Shown in pieces: positions 22,134-32,600 of a stretch of DNA of 64,000 nucleotides. Position numbers and translations under genes: made by a program. Origin of the DNA: Owenia fusiformis. Its lineage: Eukaryota. Every line of letters starts with the position of its first letter. Positions within the stretch are counted from its first letter, which is position 1. The notes beneath the pieces were generated by a model. The model was not told where the DNA came from. It saw only the letters and a list, made by a program, of their open reading frames with translations, and did not search any database. Location of the stretch: NCBI GenBank assembly GCA_903813345.2, contig CAIIXF020000001.1:17608001-17672000 (forward strand), read 5' to 3'.

Positions 22134-22669
22134 CACTGGTGATCCACTCGATTACGCTGGTTACCAAAACGGTTCGTTTTGGTAACAAAATGTCGGAACA
22201 TCCGGAAGGTACGATTTTCTCGTTTCTTTATTTACAACGTTGTAGGCAGAATTCCCACGACATTTTTTAACACAAACGTGTATCAGTATCATATGTTTAA
22301 GAAAGTGTACATATTTGCGAACAAAAAGTTCAGAAGACAACAGAATCGTCGATTTACTTCCTCACTTAAGTTACATAAACGGTTTGGGTTAAAAGTGCAG
22401 ATCTTAACTGTTTTTCGAAAAACCGTTTATGTAACTTAAGTGAGGAAGTAAATCGACGATTCTGTTGTCCTCTGGGCTATTTTTTCGCAAACATGTACAT
22501 TTTCTAAAACATATGATACTGATGCACGTTGTGAGAAAAAACGTCGTGGGGGTTCTGCCTACAACGCGTGAAATAAGGAAAAAAGAAAAATCGTGCCTTC
22601 GACGTTCAGACATTTTGTTACCAAAACGGTTCGTTTTGGTAACCAGCGTAATCGAGTGGATCACCAGTG
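22134..22669. mobile_element. Foldback MITE, Transib-like (CAC...GTG, TSD TTATA)
   Basis: CACTGGTGATCCACTCGATTACGCTGGTTACCAAAACG is exactly inverted at the two ends; TTATA at 22129-22133 and 22670-22674; palindromic throughout. Confidence 0.92.
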
Positions 22670-23483
22670 TTATAGTATTAACCATTTTCAAATCCCTGAT
22701 TATGAATATGTATTTATACTGTAACTGTAAAAATATAGTGAAATAAAGGGGAAAAATTAAATATTAAAAAAAAACACTGGCAACTAGCAGCATAACATTA
22801 ATGTATTTATTTTTATAAAACATCCTTATGTCAAAATTATTGATAATTGTTAGATTCTTGCCTTCACTTTTCAGCAGACAAAACGCTCTTTCAATTTTTA
22901 ACGCCCCCCTCCCAGTGGCTCGCTACGCCCGTCATTTATTAACAAGATTACAGTAGCACTTTAGGCTAAATATATGATAGAGGAATAGGAATACATCTGC
23001 ATGGCCTCCTGCAATCTAGAAATAAAGACAAGGAGCTAGCCTATTAGGTGGTATGTATCTGCAGATGACTTCCAAGCGTGTCAAGTAGCTGATATCTGCA
23101 ATTAGATCATCTAATAAATAGGCTCAATCAGTTCCCTCTGAGATGATTGATCTTTCCCATTTCCTCGCAGATAATTACATTATACAGGTATACCTTTAGG
23201 CTGATTATGCTATAGCAATCGCAAATAATCTGGGATTATACTACAGGTATACAGGTTGTCTGTTACAATAATATGTAGAATCGATTTTGATTCGAGGCAC
23301 ATCGGAATTAGTGATGGCGGCAGCGGCTATGACAGGTAAAGTTGAACAATTTATAAATGAACATCAGAAAATATTATTGAGAGCTGAGAGTACAACCCCG
23401 ATGGCTGTCGACCAGTAGGTGTTGATTTTTCATTTATTAAGATATTCTATAGAGAAACGAACGAGACACAGGTCAGAAGTTCC

Positions 23484-23670
23484 CAGTCTAAACAAAAGAG
23501 TACCTAAGCATACTTTAGCGGAACACCTCTAGAGGTGGAACAAATCTGTTGATGCTCAGAGTTCCATGGCCGACTGACTTAATGTTGAATGACCGTCCAT
23601 GAGCGGGATACCTCTTAAGTGGAACATTTTTAGAGGTACCAGAGGTGTTCCACTTAGACAGGTTTACTGT
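23484..23670. mobile_element. Possible decayed Tc1/mariner/pogo-type MITE
   Basis: Right end reads CAGTAAACCTGTCTAAGTGGAACACCTC on the minus strand, with repeated GGAACACCTCT/GTGGAACA motifs; the left end is poorly defined. Confidence 0.35.
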
Positions 23671-25656
23671 TATTAAAGTGTTACTTTGATACTCATTCTT
23701 TTGAATGTTGGAATCGTTTCAGAATGGAAAAATGTTTCCAAATATGTACCAGTATAACTAAAAACAATATAATGGATCAAAGGAATTTTAGCTAATTCTC
23801 ACCGTGGCATCGTATAAAATATATACCTTGTAGAGTCAGTAGTTAGTTAGTAAAATATTTATTTAAGTCTCACACTGTTTGCATTTTAGAAGAGGCAATA
23901 GAAACATCCGTTTTGGGCGATTAATTGTTATTAATTAATTTAATTACCGAATCCTTGCATATATCGTAAAAATCGAAAATCGATCTCTCTCTGTGAGCGC
24001 TTATCCGTATATATCTGATTATTGAAATAAATAGTATTAATGATTAAAAAATACATTAATTAGAACACTTTGTTGTTATTACACAAAGGCAAGAAATCAA
24101 AACAAACTTGGCTATAGCAGAGATAATTTATTTATACATGTATAATCAGCAGTAAAACATATTTTTTAGGATATAAGCAGTAGCAATGTCCTGTGTTTCC
24201 ATGGAAATAATGTATAAAGAATCAATATTTTGCGGATATCATTTGTTATTGCTGAGTTCTCGAGTGTCTGATGATATACTCATCATCAATGGCGGTGTAG
24301 GAAATTATTAGAATAAAAGTACTATAAAAATGCCATGTCTCGATATTCGCAGACAAAATGGATTAAAAAAATTTCCAGATTACAGTAATTTGAAGAGGAA
24401 GGATGTAATATTCAAATACAAACAATTAATTTACATTAACACTTAGCAAAGAAGAACCAGACGCACCGAAAAGATGTTAATTTAGCTGATCCTCGATTTA
24501 ACCCGTTCAAAAATATTTTTGATATTGTTGTTCAAATGTCTTGTGAAAATAATTTATATAATGAAATCAACAAAATCGAGGCATTAACGATATTTCACTT
24601 TTTTGTAAATATGGCTAATCAAGTATTATAACACTAATAGATTGTAGACCTGAGAAGAAATTCCCATAGGCGACCATTATAACGTTTTACCATATATCTA
24701 ATTAGCGACCAGTATTATCTACAGTAGCTTCCTGTTACAATATTACCATGGGTTGTCCACCGAAATCTTGAGCTAAATAAACTTGAAGACAACCACCCCT
24801 TCAATCTTCCTGATATAGAAAACAAATGAAAATAGTCTGCTATGAGTAGTCTCGTCAAATCTCTCCTCTGTCAATAAAAATATATATCATTCAGTCATCC
24901 GAATCATGTTTTCAGATAGATAAGCACCTGTCCTATAAAACTGATACTAATTTAATTCACCAAACGTAAATTAGAAAGAGAAAAGTCTTTTGTTTGCGCA
25001 AAAACCGCATCACTACTCCGGACTATATTAATGGCATTATCTATCTCTAAAGTATTTTTTACAATATTTTTTCTCCAAATTACTTTCACTGGCAATACAC
25101 CGCAAAATTCTGTTCATTTTCATTTATTTATTGTACAGTCGAAATGTTGAGACATGCGCAGACCTCTATTTAGTGATATTTTCATTTCAAATATGGCGGC
25201 CAATCCGATGTCTGACGACCCTTACAAACAATCTAGGCAGTTTGCATTTTTACCTCCTGTGAAATAACAAGTGGAATTTAGTCGTTGTTTTGTGTTTTAT
25301 TATCATTCTGCATCGTAATTCTATGTGATGTGGTGTTGAAATGTCAGCAGAAATACATATCCATACGATAATCGAGTGAATCAGATAACAGATTTTTCGA
25401 AAACCCGTCTCGTGCTAAGAGTGTAAAAACTTGTATTAACATGCTCAAAAGTGCCAATGAGCACATCAATGTCAAGCTAAATCAGGTACCTGATCTACTC
25501 AAAACAGCTTGTCATTCACGTATACACGCTTAGCAAACACGGCGAAATGATCTGAATCTTGGAATTTCGTTTGAGAGCTAGTAATGTTTGCTCCGGTCTT
25601 CGTCATAAGTGTCATCAGACTTCACGCATGCTCGGGAGAAAAACCATCAACCAATA

Positions 25657-25961
25657 CAAGGAGGATTGGCTCCCAGAGTGCACCACCGATATTCTGTCCC
25701 ATATATGGGTATGTCGTAATACAAAATTCGAATTCAAACAGCCGCCATTTTGTTCACTTCAACATTTAAATCGTGAATTTTGGTCTTATTTCCGAACGAA
25801 AAATTCCAAAACTCACATGAAATGATCGAGATATTGGTTCGAATCTTTTGAACTGTTTATTTTGAATTTATAGTCGGTTTTAATTTCAGAAAATAACGAC
25901 ATTTCGACGTTTTCATTGTTGGAAAATATCGAGTTTCGATCCTGGGAGCCAATCCTCCTTG
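25657..25961. mobile_element. 305-bp MITE with 20-bp perfect TIR (P- or hAT-like)
   Basis: CAAGGAGGATTGGCTCCCAG ... CTGGGAGCCAATCCTCCTTG; flanks AACCAATA / AACCAAGG (6/8 match, consistent with a decayed 8-bp TSD). Confidence 0.75.
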
Positions 25962-27526
25962 AACCAAGGGCGTTACAATACCCGGGAATTTATCGGTTCG
26001 TGCAGTACTTGTTTGTGATAGCGCCCTCTGTATGTCACCGTGCTTATAGCCTACAGTAATACGGGGTAGGATATCGGGAATTCGGTCAGTTTCTATCCGT
26101 CGATTTCGCTATGAATTGAAGCAAGTGTGACCACTTTATAATCCACTTAAACAATTTGATAATTGATTAAATCTTTAAACAAAATCGATAAACACGTTAT
26201 ACACTTCCTATCTCCTTAGAAATTAGCATGTATTTATGGATTGTGTTTTCGAACAAGGCTCGACCCATACCAATAAGGAAATCCTTATGCTAATTAGTAT
26301 GACGTCATATTTTCCTGGGGAATCCTAGATTTCAAAGCCTCAGTCTGTTATTGTGTCAAATGTAAACGCTCTTTTGCAGACAGAAAATTGACAGATTAGC
26401 TTTTAACTTTCAGCTTTGATGTTTAAATATTCTGTATTTCTACCGGACTTCTTGCTGAATATCATATAATGTTATAACTTGATTTGGACAATTGCCTGAT
26501 TGATCATTCTGAAATTTTGATTGTGATTCATGATTGATTGGCAAGAAAAATAATTCCTATTGTTTTCCAGCGAAGTCAAAATGTTACAGCATGAGTTATA
26601 ATGTCGAGTTTGCATCATGTTAAATTCTGCTAGTGATTAGAAGTCCATGCACAAGCATACACATAAGAGACAAACACACCCAGGCTCCAGGCCGTGGATG
26701 GAAATATAAAACTATTTAAGGCACAAACTGGTATTAATAGACCGATATGTAGTGTCTGCCATGTATTGAAGGTAAACCAATCTGCATTATTAATGTTTCT
26801 TCTATCAATACATGGATTGTGCAATAGAAAAGCAATGGCACAATCAAAAATGTGCATATCAATCGTGAATATCTCTCGGTTCAAAGCTTATTTCCAACAG
26901 AATCGTGTCAAAATATGTGTCTGAGTAACAGTTATACATTATAAGATCGCAAACTCTTACCAATTATCAGCCGAATGGCTCATTTTCAACGAAATGTCCT
27001 TAAGACAACAGCCCTGGGTCGCGCCTGAGACCAAAAACTACTTCAAATAGCCCTCCCCTAATTATATTGGATAACCACATTTATGCGTGCGCGCGCAGCT
27101 CATCCACTGAACGAAACGCCACTTCCCGCTGAAATCACCGGGTATTGATCTTTCCCTTGCTTGAACCAATAACGATTTATAGATCAATTTTGCGCATGCG
27201 CCTTACAACGGTAAAGAAATTCCTATTTATAAACGAACCAATTTGAGATAACCCGATATCAGTCGGAGAAATCTGACGATCTACGAAACTCACTTCAAAA
27301 AATCAAATGCGGACTGACGGCGTATTCTACTATGTTTGGATCTAAGATTTTCAGTATAGATAAAGTCTTTTATGATCTTTCGAACGAGGTAAGTCTCTAG
27401 TTCGAAAGACAATCGTATCAACTTGAACAAAAGTTGAGTTTTGACGAAAAATGTTAACATGCGCAGAAGTCCCATTTTCGTTGTACCATATTGACTGTGT
27501 AGAGATATCAACATTATGTTTTTCAG

Positions 27527-27894
27527 GTGCCCAAGTCACAGAGGAGCAAACAAGAAATCAAAACAAGGATATGGACTCTGAGTACCACCCGCCGCCTGCA
27601 AAGAAAGAATCGCTGGAAATGGAGGATGGTGACGACGAATGCGAGTTCATGGTGGCAGCGGATCTCACCCTATATACAAACCCCATCAACAGTATTTTGG
27701 GTGCGGGAAAGAGTAGCACGAAGAAAAAGAACGATCATAAGAACGAAGAGAAAGATATGATTGCAGCGGATCTAACAAAGTACGACAGTCCCCTTGCTGC
27801 CATGGATAAGAGTCATACAGATAGACAGAGACAGAATTACGATCCTCATGGAGGGGGGCACCAGCAAGGAGAAAAACATGACAGTAAAAATTAA
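27527..27894 (+). CDS. Putative last coding exon of the same gene, with two AADLTxYxxP motifs
   Basis: tgtttttcAG|GT GCC is a phase-1 acceptor compatible with the 20359 donor; GC-richer coding-like composition; MVAADLTLYTNPI and MIAADLTKYDSPL; TAA at 27892-27894. Confidence 0.6.
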
Positions 27895-29298
27895 ACCAAT
27901 GGACTTCTTATGTGGTCCTTCATATAAGCTAAACCATTGATCGATTTAATAGCATCTACAATAGCTAGATATTTATAAAACTGACTATTTGAGCACTAGT
28001 TATTCCGTTGCATGCTATTGCTTCACATTTTTGTCCACCTTTCACAGTAACCACGGTAATGAACATGTTAAGGATATAAACTCATCTGTTTCATGATAAA
28101 TATGCCACTATCCATTAGCTAATTAACTTATGTGGTACAATCAATTAGTAAAGTCATAATAGTGTAGAGGCAAGCGGTTTCTGAGAGAATCATATCGTTG
28201 CGGTGACACAGGCATCTGTAGCAGAGATATTTTGGGCCGTTCTCATCTGACCTTATAGCCTATTAGCAATGAACGTTTTTCCATTTCACTGGTACTCACC
28301 TAGTTACGCTGGCGAAAACTTTACACGTATCTTTCAATTGTAACAATTGGATTTTCCTCAGATATATTTGGACTGCAAGGAGGAAACAATATAAAATGTT
28401 CACAGATGATCAAATTAAACTAAAGGCTAACTATATTCTTTTGAATGCGTACTCTACGAATATATACTGCACTCAATTTCCACCCCTGATGTATTTCTTG
28501 TAAGTAATTTGAGAAATAAAATTTAGAAATTATCATTAAAACCTATTTTTGTCAACTTTGTGACAAATAAGCATGAATGGTCCAATTTATCAAAAAAAAA
28601 CATTTTAAACTGACAAAGATAACGTAGAAGCAGTGAGTCGTTATTAAATGCATCTTCTGAACGGATTAGCTGTCAAATCAATACTATAATCACCCCGGGA
28701 TAATCACTATCCTAAATACTTATTACTCAGAAATACATCACCACTAACAAACTTTTGACAGACTTATCATTGAAGGTATCTGTTTTCCAAATTAAGGATG
28801 CCTGATATGATACCTCAGCACACTCGCCACATAGGTCAATGCCCTGTGATGTCACGCAAAATAAATCAATGTTCATGGTTTGTTACCATGGTAAATAATT
28901 AATATTTCCTGTGTTTACTCAGTGTCCAATGAGGCAAGTGGAATCTTACCTGTATCGTACACAGCAGAGCAATTAGGACCTGCTCATCCTACTTCAAATG
29001 GCTTCATTTATTCCACAGTCAATTTCTGTTTATCACTGTGAACATCTTTGGAAAATCTTTGTTTGCAACAATGGTTCTGATTGGCTGATGATTAAGGGCT
29101 ATTTGAGAGCTTGTTTTGCATAGCCCAAACAATTGTAGGCCTATAAGACAAACCAATGGCATGGTGAGAAGGACATATCCTTGGACCAAAGATGGGACCA
29201 GCTCAGCTACATCCCTTTCCTATGATTAAATCCAAAAATAAAAAACTAAACACAATCGAGGCTTCTGATTTCAAAAAATAACTGTTAATGAAAATAAT

Positions 29299-29341
29299 AC
29301 AAACAAACAAACAAACAAACAAACAAACAAACAAACAAACA
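29299..29341 (+). repeat. (AAAC)n microsatellite, about 10-11 copies
   Basis: Direct reading. Confidence 0.95.
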
Positions 29342-29566
29342 GAGCTACCTGTCCCCAAAAATTCCGTTCTTTGATTTGAAAATAATTCCAAATTATGAAC
29401 AAATATTCATGAGGTTTCTTGTGCAGATCGTGTTCAATGGAGCAAACAGTATTGAACTTTAGTGCATCTGAGGGATCAAGAAAAATTAATATCGAATACC
29501 AGTAGCTTTGTCTATATTGTAATAAACACGGATGCCTGATATTCATGATTATTGTTAGACCTCTCC

Positions 29567-29642
29567 CACGCCTAACCATCGACAACGTACAGCACTGTAA
29601 ACCTGCATAGTATAAATGCGGCAGTTCGCTTGTCACTGGTAG
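29567..29642 (+). mobile_element. Left terminus of a Transib-like element that leads directly into the tandem array
   Basis: CACGCCTAACCATCG is identical to the first 15 bp of the 7555 element TIR; it also shares CA(A/C)CGTACAGC; preceded by TCTCC. Confidence 0.75.
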
Positions 29643-32600
29643 GTAGAAAGCAACTTACTTTTTCACCCATTGGAATACATGTAAAATTGGCAAAGTTCAA
29701 ATCATAATTTCTCAAATCCCAGCCCATCGAATCCTCACATCCATTCAGATCATGTAGTCCTATTCAAAAACTTCCCGTTCGGTTATATGGTGAAAAAAAT
29801 ATCCCACGAACGAAAAAAGATTTTGCTACATTTATAAGCGAGCATTGATTTCTGGGCCTGTAAAAAGCACGTAGGACCTGATTACCCCATTGATTTACTG
29901 AGACCGCCAAAAATTTAATTCAATTTTTTGGTTCAAAATAATAATCTGTCAGCGGTCCCTGACACTCCTACTAGCTATCACCAAACATTAATTGCCAATA
30001 CATGTACACATATACGTGCCATACATCTACAAAGTAGCGAACTAGTGTATTAAGTACTACTTTTCCTATACGATGAGCAAAACAAATCTCAAGTAGGTTA
30101 TATTGACCCTATTAGTGTCATGGTTGACTGAATATGCATTTTATTCAATATGAATTTTAAAGTTCGGGGTTTTATGAAGTGATATGTACATTTTTGCTCA
30201 AATCCCCTCAGCACTTTTGATTCTATAGGGTTCTCTTGACCCCTGGGGTCATTATATTTTGTGACAATTTATTCCAGACTAAATGTAGTTATTTTGTCAT
30301 TAAAATATCTTATTAGAGAAACGTTCAGGAAAAGTTGCGCTATCCACAAGACTTCTTGTCACTGCACTGATAAATGTAGCAAAATAGTCAAAATAATTCA
30401 GCCTTGAGCATGAAATTTTTGAATTTTTGGACAAATTTTGGGCTATTTTGGGGGATTTTTGCCCATTACGATACTAATCTACTTAAAACAGCTGTTTAAA
30501 GTTGTACAAATTGCTTAAGTGATTTATATTCTCTCATAAGTAGGACTATTTGCTACTTTACTAAACTGAACATCATTGATTTTTCGTTTTTCATGAACTT
30601 CTGATGGCTAGTTCAAGTAGCATTGTCTTTTGTGCAGGTTTACTGAATACGTCCCTTTAAAATTGGGTCTTTCGTGGGTTTAAAGGGTCAAAATATTGGA
30701 ACTTTGCACACCGTGGAACGTTTGGGGTGTGTTTCCTTTAATTTGGCAAGAACTGCATCAAATTACTTGATAAGAGAGCAGAAATGTAGCAATTTAGGCT
30801 GAAAAGTACTGTTTTCAATGAAAAAACGAAAATTGCTGACACAGCAAAATTTAGATCGTCGTCTCCAGAATTTTAGGGGTTAATTTGCAAAACTTTAAAT
30901 GGTCCCATAGAAACATATGCGAAATATGGCTAAATTCGACATATTTCTCGAAATTCACTAATAAATGTGGTTGATATTAGTGTCATGGTTGACTGAATAT
31001 GCATTTTATTCAATATGAATTTTAAAGTTCGGGGTTTTATGAAGTGATATGTACATTTTTGCTCAAATCCCCTCAGCACTTTTGATTCTATAGGGTTCTC
31101 TTGACCCCTGGGGTCATTATATTTTGTGACAATTTATTCCAGACTAAATGTAGTTATTTTGTCATTAAAATATCTTATTAGAGAAACGTTCAGGAAAAGT
31201 TGCGCTATCCACAAGACTTCTTGTCACTGCACTGATAAATGTAGCAAAATAGTCAAAATAATTCAGCCTTGAGCATGAAATTTTTGAATTTTTGGACAAA
31301 TTTTGGGCTATTTTGGGGGATTTTTGCCCATAACGATACTAATCTACTTAAAACAGCTGTTTAAAGTTGTACAAATTGCTTAAGTGATTTATATTCTCTC
31401 ATAAGTAGGACTATTTGCTACTTTACTAAACTGAACATCATTGATTTTTCGTTTTTCATGAACTTCTGATGGCTAGTTCAAGTAGCATTGTCTTTTGTGC
31501 AGGTTTACTGAATACGTCCCTTTAAAATTGGGTCTTTCGTGGGTTTAAAGGGTCAAAATATTGGAACTTTGCACACCGTGGAACGTTTGGGGTGTGTTTC
31601 CTTTAATTTGGCAAGAACTGCATCAAATTACTTGATAAGAGAGCAGAAATGTAGCAATTTAGGCTGAAAAGTACTGTTTTCAATGAAAAAACGAAAATTG
31701 CTGACACAGCAAAATTTAGATCGTCGTCTCCAGAATTTTAGGGGTTAATTTGCAAAACTTTAAATGGTCCCATAGAAACATATGCGAAATATGGCTAAAT
31801 TCGACATATTTCTCGAAATTCACTAATAAATGTGGTTGATATTAGTGTCATGGTTGACTGAATATGCATTTTATTCAATATGAATTTTAAAGTTCGGGGT
31901 TTTATGAAGTGATATGTACATTTTTGCTCAAATCCCCTCAGCACTTTTGATTCTATAGGGTTCTCTTGACCCCTGGGGTCATTATATTTTGTGACAATTT
32001 ATTCCAGACTAAATGTAGTTATTTTGTCATTAAAATATCTTATTAGAGAAACGTTCAGGAAAAGTTGCGCTATCCACAAGACTTCTTGTCACTGCACTGA
32101 TAAATGTAGCAAAATAGTCAAAATAATTCAGCCTTGAGCATGAAATTTTTGAATTTTTGGACAAATTTTGGGCTATTTTGGGGGATTTTTGCCCATAACG
32201 ATACTAATCTACTTAAAACAGCTGTTTAAAGTTGTACAAATTGCTTAAGTGATTTATATTCTCTCATAAGTAGGACTATTTGCTACTTTACTAAACTGAA
32301 CATCATTGATTTTTCGTTTTTCATGAACTTCTGATGGCTAGTTCAAGTAGCATTGTCTTTTGTGCAGGTTTACTGAATACGTCCCTTTAAAATTGGGTCT
32401 TTCGTGGGTTTAAAGGGTCAAAATATTGGAACTTTGCACACCGTGGAACGTTTGGGGTGTGTTTCCTTTAATTTGGCAAGAACTGCATCAAATTACTTGA
32501 TAAGAGAGCAGAAATGTAGCAATTTAGGCTGAAAAGTACTGTTTTCAATGAAAAAACGAAAATTGCTGACACAGCAAAATTTAGATCGTCGTCTCCAGAA

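Larger units (their letters stand above)
21047..22772 (+). mobile_element. Retroposed (TPRT-type) non-coding insert with AATAAA, A-tail and 16-bp TSD, carrying two nested MITEs
   Basis: AACACTGGCAACTAGC at 21031-21046 and 22773-22788; AATAAA at 22742 followed by an A-run; the body is two diverged ~300-bp copies (~21068 and ~21372). Confidence 0.65.

Noticed and set aside
21512-22746. Short ORFs on both strands (21512, 22179, 22404, 22465)
   Set aside because: By-products of palindromic MITE sequence.
23314-23418. Short ORF MAAAAMTGKVEQFINEHQKILLRAESTTPMAVDQ
   Set aside because: Only 34 codons and no recognisable motif; its best donor near the end is phase 2, which is not compatible with the 27527 exon frame. 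It cannot be supported without RNA data.
29203-29636. Hydrophobic minus-strand ORFs with CLFV repeats
   Set aside because: Translation of the (AAAC)n microsatellite.
30972-30981. TGATATTAG at the junction resembling the CRESS-virus nonanucleotide TAATATTAC
   Set aside because: Two mismatches, no flanking stem-loop and no Rep gene; easily chance in AT-rich DNA.
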